A program made the translations under genes and the position numbers. 47,202 nucleotides of DNA. Origin: Planctomycetota bacterium. Lineage in GTDB: Bacteria; Planctomycetota; Planctomycetia; Planctomycetales; Planctomycetaceae. The stretch is from assembly GCA_003669575.1 (NCBI GenBank), contig QWOR01000351.1:1-47202 (forward strand). The letters run 5' to 3'. Positions 38,333-47,202 of this stretch are shown here, piece by piece. The notes beneath the pieces were generated by a model. It made no database searches. It saw only the letters and a program-made list of their open reading frames with translations, and had not been told where the DNA came from. Each line of letters starts with the position of its first letter. Within the stretch, counting starts at the first letter, position 1.

Positions 38333-39301
38333 GTGAATGGATTTGTGCGTCGCCCCTGGGATTTACCGCAGTCACTGCACACGCCGCTCGAGGTGTTTCG
38401 CGCCCCGCGTCCCTCGCGACGCGAATTCCTCCTGGAAATGAGTGCCTCGGCTCTCCTCCTTGCCGGATGTCAGAAAGCTCCGACCGACCAGGAGCTGACA
38501 GCTGCGGGAGCTGTCGCGATCGATACATCAAAGTATCCGGCATCGCGTTCGACCAGGTTTGAATACGGTCGCACAGAGTCAATCAAACGCGACACCGAAC
38601 AGTTTGCGAACTTCTACGAGTTCACATCGTCCAAGGAAGTCTTTCGGCACATCTCGGGGTTCAATCCGACGCCGTGGTCGTTCGAGGTGACTGGACTGTG
38701 CAAGAATCCCAGGACGTACGACCTCGACCAGATCGTCTCGACGTTCCCGCTGGAAGAGCGAGCCTATCGCCACCGCTGTGTTGAGACATGGGCAATGTGC
38801 GTCCCGTGGACCGGCTTCGCGCTCAGGGATCTCATCACCGCTGCGGACCCGCTCCCCACAGCCAAGTACGTCCGGTTCGAAACATTCATGCGACCTGCTG
38901 AGGCCCGGCAACAACTCGACTCCAATTACCCGTGGCCCTACCAGGAGGGGCTGACGCTGGCTGAGGCGACGAACGAACTGGCTTTTATCGCCACCGGGAT
39001 CTACGGAGCCCCACTCCCCAAACAGAACGGAGCCCCGGTCCGCCTCGTCGTCCCCTGGAAGTATGGGTTCAAGAGCATCAAGTCGATCGTGAAGATCGAG
39101 TTGACAGACAAACAGCCGTCGACTTTCTGGAACTCACTTAACCCACACGAATACTCCTTCGAGGCGAACGTCGACCCCGCGGTTCCACACCCCCGCTGGA
39201 GCCAGCAGTACGAATGGATGCTCGGCTCTCGCGAGAATTTTGATACCGTCAAATACAACGGGTACGGTGAATGGGTGGCCAGACTTTACGAGCCGGGTTG
39301 A
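38333..39301 (+). CDS. msrP: Protein-methionine-sulfoxide reductase catalytic subunit MsrP (YedY), molybdopterin-dependent, with a Tat signal
   Basis: Strong collinear resemblance to E. coli MsrP as I remember it: NFYEF, FPLEERAYRHRCVETWAMCVPWTGF, KQNGAPVRLVVPWKYGFKSIKSIVKIEL, HPRWSQ, YNGYGEWVARLY. The track ORF 38051.. overlaps the upstream gene. The first plausible start after its stop is GTG 38333 (322 aa). The twin-arginine motif SRREFLL is followed by LLLAGC (lipobox). Confidence 0.88.
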   Translation: MNGFVRRPWDLPQSLHTPLEVFRAPRPSRREFLLEMSASALLLAGCQKAPTDQELTAAGAVAIDTSKYPASRSTRFEYGRTESIKRDTEQFANFYEFTSSKEVFRHISGFNPTPWSFEVTGLCKNPRTYDLDQIVSTFPLEERAYRHRCVETWAMCVPWTGFALRDLITAADPLPTAKYVRFETFMRPAEARQQLDSNYPWPYQEGLTLAEATNELAFIATGIYGAPLPKQNGAPVRLVVPWKYGFKSIKSIVKIELTDKQPSTFWNSLNPHEYSFEANVDPAVPHPRWSQQYEWMLGSRENFDTVKYNGYGEWVARLYEPG

Positions 39302-39398
39302 GCCCGCATGAGCGACTAGGCTAGCCCTCGACTCTTACCGTCATTCACGGCCTGCAACTGCTTTCTTCGCCACTCGCCGACACCTTGCTCCAAGCCGC

Positions 39399-40691
39399 TC
39401 ACTGATCTCTCTGCGAGATCTTCTCTAGTACTCTCAGTGTTTCCCTGGCAGCTGCCTCGTGTGAGTGCCGTTCCCTCACTCTCTGATGTCCACTCTTCGC
39501 CAGGCTGAGCCGCTCCTTCGGATCCCGATAAATCCGGCTCCAAGCATCGGTGAGCGCCTGCGCATCTCGATGTGGGACGAGTAAGCCCCCCTCACCTCGA
39601 TCCCCGACGAGCTCCGGAAACGCACCTGCTGCGGGCTGTACGACCGGAACACCGTTGGCCCAGGCCTCCAGAACCGATAGACCTTTCGGTTCCTCAAAGT
39701 CTGTCGGAACGGACAGTACATCGATCGAGCCGTAGAACGCGATCTTTGCGTCAATCGAATCGGGACTCCCCACAAACTGAACATCCGAACCGAACTTCGC
39801 CAGCTGGTTCTTCTGAGTTCTGATGTACGAGCGATGCTGGGCCGGTTCGTACCCGCCAATCCGCAGCTGGGCTTCAGGATGTCTCTTACGCATCAGCTCA
39901 AATGCATCTATCAAAAGGTGCAAGCCCTTCTCCGGGGCCAGTCGGGCAAAGTACCCGATTGTAAACGGTTGCCCTTCACGTTCTCCGGGCATCCCGATGT
40001 GAGGTGTCAGGTCGATCGACAGCGGAATCGTCTGAAACCGCTCGACCGGCAGGCTCAACATCGCCGCCATTCGATCCCGGTAGAACTTGGAATGAGTGAG
40101 ATACCCATCAAACCCATTCGCCCGCTCCGACACAGCTGCAATCGCGGTCGCCCGATGAGAATCGGGAAGTACATCGAGGAAGACATCGTCCCCCTGCAGC
40201 ACACAGACGATCGGCCCACCGAACTCGCGTCGAATCTGCGGCAGGCATCCACTTAACAGTGCATTACTGAATACGACGATATCGGGCTGCAGCTCTCGTC
40301 CGATGAACCGGGCCAAGTCTTCCCCCGCCTCGCGCAACGGTCCGTCGCCACCGGCCAGCATCTTGAGCGTCAAGTCCCCCAGCTCGGCAGCGTCATTACT
40401 CACCCCAAATCGAGTCAACTGTTGAATCAGCCACGGTGAGTCGAGCCACGACTTGCTCCAGGCTGGCAATCCCGCCCACAGCTTCGATTTCGCATTCAAA
40501 TAGACATTGATCCCACCAAAAAAGATCCGGGACTGACTCTGATTCGGCTCATCGACCCGAATCGGCGTGTAGGTCGGGATCAAAGTGACCCGCGTCCCGG
40601 TGGCAATCAACCCGCGGGCCAGCGTGTTGTCCTGCATGCACGAGCCACAAAACATCCCGGCTCCGCCAGCGGTCACGATGGCCACATGCAT
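39399..40691 (-). CDS. GT4-family (GT-B fold, glycosyl transferase group 1) glycosyltransferase
   Basis: The C-terminal half has the GT4 pattern: FARLAPEKG...LRIGG...VLSVPT.FEEPKGLSVLEAWANGVPVV. The track start is GTG 40703; ATG 40691 (MHVAIVTAGGAG) is the likelier start. Confidence 0.8.
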   Translation of the reverse strand: MHVAIVTAGGAGMFCGSCMQDNTLARGLIATGTRVTLIPTYTPIRVDEPNQSQSRIFFGGINVYLNAKSKLWAGLPAWSKSWLDSPWLIQQLTRFGVSNDAAELGDLTLKMLAGGDGPLREAGEDLARFIGRELQPDIVVFSNALLSGCLPQIRREFGGPIVCVLQGDDVFLDVLPDSHRATAIAAVSERANGFDGYLTHSKFYRDRMAAMLSLPVERFQTIPLSIDLTPHIGMPGEREGQPFTIGYFARLAPEKGLHLLIDAFELMRKRHPEAQLRIGGYEPAQHRSYIRTQKNQLAKFGSDVQFVGSPDSIDAKIAFYGSIDVLSVPTDFEEPKGLSVLEAWANGVPVVQPAAGAFPELVGDRGEGGLLVPHRDAQALTDAWSRIYRDPKERLSLAKSGHQRVRERHSHEAAARETLRVLEKISQRDQ

Positions 40692-40908
40692 GGGTTGACT
40701 CACTCACATTCACAGGATGCCACACACGACGAGGAATGCAGCTTCCCAATAGTACGCACTCAAGAGCCAATTGCCCACATCCCGAACGGAACTGCGTCAC
40801 GCGGAAAGTGCGCCATTCCATACCTCTTCCAACTGTGTGACCCGCGAAAATCTGTGCCCGATCTTTGTCCAAGAAATGGGGGGCACAGATGACACAGATC
40901 GGCACAGA

Positions 40909-42033
40909 TTATCGGGGAACAGGTTGTCCCATGATCTCTTGGTAGAGAGCGGCATGTCGCTCGACCATGCGGGACACTGACAACTCGGTCTCTACTTTCT
41001 GCCGGGCGGCGTCCCCCAGTCGGGATGCCAACTCCGGTTCGTGCATCAGCTTGAGGGAAAACTGAGCGAACCCGGCGCTGTCACCGACGTTCACGAGATA
41101 ACCGTGGACTCCATGCTGAATCAGCTCCTGGTTAGGAGGGATAGCCGTCGCCACGATCGGTCGTCCGCAGGCCATTGCCTCCATCAGGCTGTTGGACATC
41201 CCTTCAAACTCGCTGCCCAGCCAGACCAGATCGGCATGATGCAACAACGAGGCGGCATCCGGACGATGTCCCAGGAACCGGACATGCGGGGTCACTTCCA
41301 CCTCGCGGGCATACTGTTCCAGAGAACTTCGCAGCGGACCATCCCCGACGATGATGAGGTAGGCGCGTGGATCAGATTGCCTTAACAGCTGCATGGACCA
41401 GATCAGATCTGCCATCCGCTTTTGTGGGGCGAGTCGTCCAACCGCCATCACCACATGGGCATCTGGGGGTAAACCCAAATCCTGTTGGAAGGCGTCTCTC
41501 GCCTGAGTGGGGCGCGACGGAGTCTCAACCCCATTGGGGATCACCCGCAGCTTCGACTCGGGATAACCCAGCGGGCGGTAGAAGTCGACAACCGCCCGGG
41601 AATTGCCCACCAGGCAATCTGTCCGATTCACCAGCCAGCGATCGAACTTGAGTTGCCAGCTTTTCCAGCTGTCGACGCAGCGTTCGGAAACGATCACCCG
41701 TGTCGACAATCGGTGCGGCACTGCCATTCGCCCGTAGCTGTTGGCGGCAAAGAGCCACGTATGCAGTATGTCAGGCTGCCGGGCCTGCAGATGCTTCCGC
41801 AGACGCCACCAGGCCAGTGGATCAAACTGCAGCCGTTTTCCCAGAATGGTGACGGGAATATTAGCTGCGCGGAGTCGTTCTTCGTATGGCCCTCCCGCAG
41901 TCAAACAAGTCACCCGGACATCAAACTCATCTCGCGGCAGCCCGGTGGCCAGCAGCGCCAGCTGCTTCTCCGCACCAGATTGCACAAGAGTCGGGATGAG
42001 GAGTTCCAACGAAATCACGAGTGCAGCACCCAA
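40909..42033 (-). CDS. GT4-family glycosyltransferase
   Basis: 374-aa ORF. It has SGAEKQLALLATGL near the N-terminus and VGRLAPQKR...LIIVGDGP...LGSEFEGMSNSLMEAMACGRPIVAT (the E-x7-E region). The track start is TTG; GTG at 42018 is an alternative. Confidence 0.8.
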   Translation of the reverse strand: MGAALVISLELLIPTLVQSGAEKQLALLATGLPRDEFDVRVTCLTAGGPYEERLRAANIPVTILGKRLQFDPLAWWRLRKHLQARQPDILHTWLFAANSYGRMAVPHRLSTRVIVSERCVDSWKSWQLKFDRWLVNRTDCLVGNSRAVVDFYRPLGYPESKLRVIPNGVETPSRPTQARDAFQQDLGLPPDAHVVMAVGRLAPQKRMADLIWSMQLLRQSDPRAYLIIVGDGPLRSSLEQYAREVEVTPHVRFLGHRPDAASLLHHADLVWLGSEFEGMSNSLMEAMACGRPIVATAIPPNQELIQHGVHGYLVNVGDSAGFAQFSLKLMHEPELASRLGDAARQKVETELSVSRMVERHAALYQEIMGQPVPR

Positions 42034-42846
42034 AGAGCGGTTAAGGATTCACGTGTACACATTGGAGTGGTTTGACTTGGATTCGCCAACAGAGGATAGC
42101 CACCAGCCCGAAATCCATGAATCCACAGCCTGGGATCCATTCCGACTGAAAACTGGTCACTGACGACAGACAACGCCGCAAAGCGAGGAAGACCTGTCCA
42201 ACGAATCGATTGTAGGGATTCCGTCGTTTAGTGGATTTATTGCAGCCTTCCGAATGATCGGATTACGCACATTCGGCAGATTTTGCCGCCGAACAGGTCC
42301 TACATTGGTCTTGGAGAGACACTTCGGGTGATTGAGCTTGACGGGAGCAGAAGGCACAGCCCCTGTTCCCGGCGATTCCCGCAAGTCTGGCTGAAGTGAT
42401 GAGGACTGCTATGCCGAATTAACTCTCCAGACGAGTTCGCGCGGTTTGGCCGGAGGCGATGCCGGTGAGTAACAAGACGTTGCTCAACAGACCAAAAGGA
42501 CAAGTCGATTAGTTTGGGGGGCGGAATAGCTGGATGTGACCGGATCGCAGCAGGGATGCTGTTATCACGCAACCGGTCCGCTTCCCAATCAGCAGGTGCG
42601 GAGCACCTGCCGCATGAGAGGACGCGACGTCTACTCGTGCTCAGTTTCGGCGATGACCTGAGCATGCCAGATGAAGAGTCACCTTGTGTGCACGTGGATG
42701 CCTGAGCATCTCGCGCCCGTTCAAGCTCAATGCCATGAGGACCCACGACCCAGGCACGGAGAGCAGGCTTGAACACTCGGACGAGATGACTGGGGGCTAA
42801 CGCCCTCAACCCCAGAGCTGCATGGTGTAATTGGAGAGCCCGCAAA

Positions 42847-43419
42847 ATGAGGACCATTTTTACGACTGGTCAAGTCGCACGAATCTGTAAAGTCGCCCCA
42901 CGTACTGTGAGTAAGTGGTTCGATTCAGGCCGGCTACGCGGTTACCGCATTCCCGGTTCCCAGGACCGTCGGATTCCGCGTGAACACCTGATCCGGTTCC
43001 TGAAAGAACACGGAATGCCCCTTGGTGAACTCGAAGACGAGGCCATGGGCAAGCTGCTGCTGGTCGGAATTGACGGAGGCGTGAAATCGTCTCTGCTCAG
43101 TGCCCTGCCCGCAGATGAATTCAAGACCGAAGTCGCTGGTAGCGGCTTTGAGGCTGGAATTCAGGCTGAATCACTGCATCCTGATTGTGTCGTCATCGAT
43201 TTCGGCATGGGCCGGAACGAGGCGCTCATGATCGCTCAGAACCTCCGAAAGAACGCCGACTACACCGACACGGTGTTGATCGCTCTGTTGAGCGATGAAG
43301 ACAATGCCGCCGGTTTCGACCGTTCCTTCTTCAACGAAACGTTCCGCAAGCCGTTTGACTCGGCACTTCTGGCAGAACGCATTCGCACGCTGGTCAATCG
43401 CAAAAAGCAATTGGCCTAG
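42847..43419 (+). CDS. DNA-binding response regulator with an N-terminal excisionase/MerR-like HTH and a C-terminal receiver domain
   Basis: 190-aa ORF. The N-terminus FTTGQVARICKVAPRTVSKWFDSGRLRGYRIPGSQDRRIPREHLIRFL is an HTH_17/excisionase-type motif. Receiver hallmarks are present: LLLVGIDGG, DCVVIDFGMG (putative phospho-acceptor Asp), VLIALLS and FRKPF. Confidence 0.75.
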   Translation: MRTIFTTGQVARICKVAPRTVSKWFDSGRLRGYRIPGSQDRRIPREHLIRFLKEHGMPLGELEDEAMGKLLLVGIDGGVKSSLLSALPADEFKTEVAGSGFEAGIQAESLHPDCVVIDFGMGRNEALMIAQNLRKNADYTDTVLIALLSDEDNAAGFDRSFFNETFRKPFDSALLAERIRTLVNRKKQLA

Positions 43420-43699
43420 TGGTAGGGGGACGGCGGAGCCGTAGCCCTGCGAATTACCGGAAGTCACTCCGTGCCGATACTATGGAGATATCGGCCGACG
43501 TGTTCACGGTGAAACGGATCAGGAGATCGTTATCAATCGACGTCCTGCGGGCTCTCTTCCCGCGTGAGACCTTTGCTCTCCGAGCGTCAGTGGGTCCATT
43601 TTCGGCATAGCCGAGGATTCATTCGGGGGAAACCAAAGGCGTTGTTGAGAACGATCAATTGTTCTGTGGATCTGGAGTGCCCGTCAACGGGCGACATGT

Positions 43700-45577
43700 G
43701 TGGATCCACCGGAATCGCTGATGCACGGCTCGAACCCAACGATCGAGGCGGTCCCTACCCTGGGGAACGCCTCGATTTGTTCTTTTTGGTGGGCTCGTCT
43801 CCTGACGCCGGGACGAGTGGCTTTACTGGTATTACTGGCGACACTTTTCACTCTCGATCCTGCCGGGGATCGCCCATCACTCCCCGAAGGTCCGGGTCTC
43901 ACCACCGACGAAGTTTTGAACGTCGAGGCAGGGATCGTCCTCTGGCGAAATCTCTGCTCCTATGGCTGGGGACTGCTTGATCCCACGAGCTGGTATGAGG
44001 TCTACTCCGCACCTGGTTACCAGTCCGACTATCCACCACTCGGGCGATTGATCCTCGCTGCTGGGCACGATGCGATGCAGGTGGTCTGGCCTGTCGCGAC
44101 TGATCCGGAGTTGGGGCCGCGTCCCTACTTCACGGTTCAGGCCCGGGCGGCTTCGGCGATTGTCTATGCATTGACAGTCTTCCTCGTCGGTTGGTTCACC
44201 TCCCGTTGGTATGGTCGACTGGCCGGAGGTTTCGCAGCTCTGGCCCTGGCACTCATGCCGCGTCTCTTTGCTCATGCCCATATTGCCAGCATCGAGACGA
44301 TCGTCGGGTTCTTCTTCACGATCACCGTTCTCGTCACAGCAGATCTCTGGCCCGCTGCGATGGCTGAGCGAGAGGCCGCGACCGGAAAGCGATCGCCGTG
44401 GTCGATTCCATGGAAGCCGGTCGTACTGACAGGATGCCTGCTGGGACTCACGCTTCTGACAAAGATCCAGGCGATCCTCTTCCCCGTCCCGTTTTCGCTC
44501 TGGGCCATCTGGCGTTTTGGTCGCCGCGGAGTCGCAGCTGTGGCAGCTGTTGGCGCAATCTCAGCGCTGGTGTTGTTCATTGGTTGGCCGTGGCTGTGGA
44601 TCGACCCGCTGGGTCATGCGAAGGAGTACTTCGCCCCCGCCGACCGCATTCACCTCTACTGCTGGTATCTGGGTCAAAGGTACCTCGACAATGAAGTCCC
44701 CTGGCATTACCCGTGGGTGATGTTTGCCTTCACCGTCCCTGTCGGGCTGCACCTTCTGGGACTTTGCGGGGCCACGGTCCCCTGGAGTTCCGCCGCAGGA
44801 CGTTCACCGGTCCTGACCGACCTCCGCCTGCAATTGATCCTGGCGGTGATGCTCTTTCCCCTTTGCCTCTTCGCAGCTCCCGGAATCCCGGTCTACGACG
44901 GCGAACGGCTCTTTCTCGTCTCGTTCCCGCTGTGGGCCGTCTGCATCGGCCGAGGTGCAGCGTGCCTCCTCGACCGACTGACGAGCCACAACCCCTTCCG
45001 GGAGGGCGAGGCTCCCGCCGAGCCGCATCTGCAAACGAACGCTGGGTTCACGAAGCGGCTCAGCAGGAGCTTCGCCCTCCCGGTGATTGCGCTCTTGTTG
45101 TTTAGTGAGTCCTACACCTTCGTCACGCTCCACCCCTGCCAGCTCAGCTACTACAGCTGGCTGACCGGCGGGCTCAGGGGAGCCAGCGCGATGGGTTTCG
45201 AGCGGACTTACTGGGCCGACTCGATCACCCGAACTCTCGAACAGCAGATCGTCAAACAGGTCCCAGAGGGCTCATCTCTCTTCGTCGCCCCGGTCCTGCA
45301 CCCGCTTCAACTCCCGGGCATGGCACTGCAGTCGCCGATCCTCAAGAAGCACAAGATCCAGCTGGACGCCTACGACGACAGCATCCGCAGCCGCGTGAAA
45401 TACATCCTCGTCTTTCGGAGACTGGCCGACCCGCGAGAGTCACTCGACGATCCCGCAGGTTCACCCGAGAAAGCCCCTCCCGGATTTCGCCAACTGGCCG
45501 AGGTCCGCCGCGACGGCGTCCAGCTGGCAGTCCTTTATGAAATCACCACCGAGACGTCAGTGCCACCGGATCAATAA
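43700..45577 (+). CDS. Polytopic membrane glycosyltransferase of the ArnT/PMT type (GT39/GT83-like)
   Basis: 625-aa ORF (GTG start; ATG 43721 is an alternative). It has more than 10 hydrophobic helices. The first extracytoplasmic loop carries the GLTTDEVLNVEAG (DE) motif typical of lipid-linked-sugar-using GT-C enzymes, and there is a C-terminal soluble domain. Family assignment rests on architecture and motif only. Confidence 0.6.
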   Translation: MDPPESLMHGSNPTIEAVPTLGNASICSFWWARLLTPGRVALLVLLATLFTLDPAGDRPSLPEGPGLTTDEVLNVEAGIVLWRNLCSYGWGLLDPTSWYEVYSAPGYQSDYPPLGRLILAAGHDAMQVVWPVATDPELGPRPYFTVQARAASAIVYALTVFLVGWFTSRWYGRLAGGFAALALALMPRLFAHAHIASIETIVGFFFTITVLVTADLWPAAMAEREAATGKRSPWSIPWKPVVLTGCLLGLTLLTKIQAILFPVPFSLWAIWRFGRRGVAAVAAVGAISALVLFIGWPWLWIDPLGHAKEYFAPADRIHLYCWYLGQRYLDNEVPWHYPWVMFAFTVPVGLHLLGLCGATVPWSSAAGRSPVLTDLRLQLILAVMLFPLCLFAAPGIPVYDGERLFLVSFPLWAVCIGRGAACLLDRLTSHNPFREGEAPAEPHLQTNAGFTKRLSRSFALPVIALLLFSESYTFVTLHPCQLSYYSWLTGGLRGASAMGFERTYWADSITRTLEQQIVKQVPEGSSLFVAPVLHPLQLPGMALQSPILKKHKIQLDAYDDSIRSRVKYILVFRRLADPRESLDDPAGSPEKAPPGFRQLAEVRRDGVQLAVLYEITTETSVPPDQ

Positions 45578-45619
45578 CGTACTCACGCCCGCCGCTCGCT
45601 GTCGAATCAGAAACACGCC

Positions 45620-46996
45620 TTACGCAAACCGTGTCTTCCACTTTGCCAGCTGGTCCTTAACCGGACCAAACCCACCCGACCCGTAGCTCTGCAGCGCCTT
45701 CACGACATTGTGAGAACCGAGCGAGTTCTTGACATCTTCCTTAATCGCCGGACACGCTGCCTGAAGCTCGGCCAGTGTCAGATCGGCCAGCCGGCACTTG
45801 CGAGCTTCGCAGTCGCCGACCAGCTTGCCGACGATCTCATGCCCGCTTCGCATCGGAACGCCACAGCGGATCAGATACTCCATCAATGTCGTGGCATCGA
45901 GGAAACCATCTTCGAGTCGAGCATGGATGGCATCTCGCTTCAACTCAGCCCGCCGCACAATTTCAGCAGTTAATTCGAGTGAGGCGACCACGGTGTCATA
46001 TGCCTGGAACACGGCCAGCTTGTCTTCTTGCAGGTCGCGGTTGTACGCCAGCGGCAGTCCCTTCACGAGTACAAACAGCTGTTGCAGTGCCCCGACGACG
46101 CGGGCCGTCTTGCCACGGATCAGTTCCAGCACGTCTGGGTTCTTCTTCTGCGGCATGATCGACGAGCCGGTCGTGAACGCATCCGGCAGATGCAGCATGT
46201 TGAACTCCGTGGTACACCACAGAATCCACTCCTCGGCCAACGTGCTGAGGTGAACCGCAATGAGGCTCAGAGCCGCTGTGAATTCGATTAAGTAGTCGCG
46301 GTCACTGGAGACATCGAGGCTGTTGGCGGCGACATCGGCAAAACCGAGCAGCTCCGCTGACTTGTGCCGGTCAATCGGAAGTGATGTCCCCGCCAGTGCT
46401 GCGGCTCCCAGCGGCGAGACATTCACCCGCTTGCGGCAGTCGGCCAGCCGATCACGGTCGCGCTGGAACTTCTCGCAATAGCACAACCAGTAATGCACCG
46501 CACAGACAGGCTGCGCCCGCTGCATGTGCGTGTAACCCGGCAGGACCACGTCCAGGTCGCGATCGCTGCGGTCGACGAACGAGCGCTGGACCTGATCCAG
46601 CAGATGATCGACATGATCGATCGCATCGCGGACATAGAGCTTCAAATCGGTCGAGACCTGGTCATTGCGGCTGCGGCCGGTGTGCAGCTTTCGCCCCACA
46701 TCGCCCAGCCGAGCGATCAGCGCCGACTCGATGTGCATATGCACGTCTTCGAGTTCGGTCTTCCAGACCATCTCGCCACGTTCAATCTCAGCCCCGATCT
46801 GGTCGAGAGTCGCGTGCAGCTGGTCGCGTTCGGCGGGCGTGATCAGACCGACTTCGGCCAGCATCGCCGAGTGAGCCTTCGACCCGCGGATATCGACCTC
46901 GGCCAGACGGGCGTCGAAGCTGATCGATTCCGTGAATCGCTCGACCCGCTTGTCTGTTGGTTCCTGGAATCGTCCGCCCCACGCTTTTGCCGACAC
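45620..46996 (-). CDS. argH: Argininosuccinate lyase
   Basis: Contains AWGGRFQE near the N-terminus, the fumarate-lyase signature [12 protein letters not shown], and [10 protein letters not shown]. The track ORF begins at TTG 47077. In-frame GTG 46996 has AGGAG 8 nt upstream and gives a canonical ~458-aa protein starting [10 protein letters not shown]. Confidence 0.92.
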   Translation of the reverse strand: MSAKAWGGRFQEPTDKRVERFTESISFDARLAEVDIRGSKAHSAMLAEVGLITPAERDQLHATLDQIGAEIERGEMVWKTELEDVHMHIESALIARLGDVGRKLHTGRSRNDQVSTDLKLYVRDAIDHVDHLLDQVQRSFVDRSDRDLDVVLPGYTHMQRAQPVCAVHYWLCYCEKFQRDRDRLADCRKRVNVSPLGAAALAGTSLPIDRHKSAELLGFADVAANSLDVSSDRDYLIEFTAALSLIAVHLSTLAEEWILWCTTEFNMLHLPDAFTTGSSIMPQKKNPDVLELIRGKTARVVGALQQLFVLVKGLPLAYNRDLQEDKLAVFQAYDTVVASLELTAEIVRRAELKRDAIHARLEDGFLDATTLMEYLIRCGVPMRSGHEIVGKLVGDCEARKCRLADLTLAELQAACPAIKEDVKNSLGSHNVVKALQSYGSGGFGPVKDQLAKWKTRFA

Positions 46997-47202
46997 GCTG
47001 AGTACTCCTGAGAGAGATCGTTCCCGGTCTGCTGGAACCGGACGATGTGCCACGAATTGTAGAGAAAGTTCGTTCAAATGCGGCAGGTCCGAGGACTTTT
47101 TGTCGGACGGACCTCATCAACCTGCCTCTTCGGGAGGGCGTAGGTCCCGCTGAGCCGCAAAACAAGTCGGACTCTGTCTGGTCGTAGCGGCTCAGCAGGA
47201 GC

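Noticed and set aside
42300-42857. 185-aa minus-strand ORF filling the long intergenic region and overlapping the regulator start codon
   Set aside because: The composition is Arg/Ser/Pro/Leu-rich. It has no RBS and no motif, and it overlaps the ATG of the well-supported regulator. I treat the region as non-coding (see the finding for 42034-42846).

Overview
This is a 47.2-kb, gene-dense chromosomal window from a high-GC bacterium. I call about 31 protein-coding genes and one tRNA-Gly(CCC). I found no rRNA, CRISPR array, transposase or integrase. The gene content points to Planctomycetota, though this is an inference and was not checked: giant Hanks-kinase fusions, a planctomycete-style Flp-like protein, a DUF11-repeat surface protein, a CcsB-CcsA fusion, and many genes with weak or alternative starts.

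Gene order, left to right:
- Envelope glycan genes: waaA (partial) and a GT2 transferase.
- A low-GC tract with two orphan ORFs (60 and 232 aa).
- A 1621-aa Ser/Thr kinase / STAND-type P-loop NTPase / TM / FGE-like fusion.
- A GPH-family transporter, a 913-nt non-coding gap and tRNA-Gly.
- Housekeeping and catabolic genes: COG1579 zinc-ribbon protein, PaaK-like ligase, ald, SUI1/yciH, and an enolase-superfamily enzyme + MFS + M24 peptidase cluster.
- A Flp-like protein.
- A System II cytochrome c maturation neighbourhood: TPR-redoxin, TlpA-like thioredoxin, DUF11 protein, lipoprotein and a ccsBA fusion.
- A tiny lysine-rich protein, an orphan prkA, a second Hanks kinase, cbiX, a DUF900 hydrolase and msrP without msrQ.
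- Two GT4 transferases, an HTH-receiver regulator, an ArnT/PMT-like transferase and argH.

The best candidate for something undescribed is the kinase-STAND-FGE-like gene. Its sensor-encoding 3' end shares a low-GC tract with the two co-directional orphan ORFs downstream. Other unexplained signals are a 133-nt element bounded by a perfect 23-bp inverted repeat (17263-17395), two ORF-poor gaps of about 0.8-0.9 kb (9499-10411 and 42034-42846), and a 14-nt direct repeat upstream of the kinase gene.

All calls rest on reading the translations and the DNA by eye. No database search was run, and the GC values are hand counts of single 60-nt lines.
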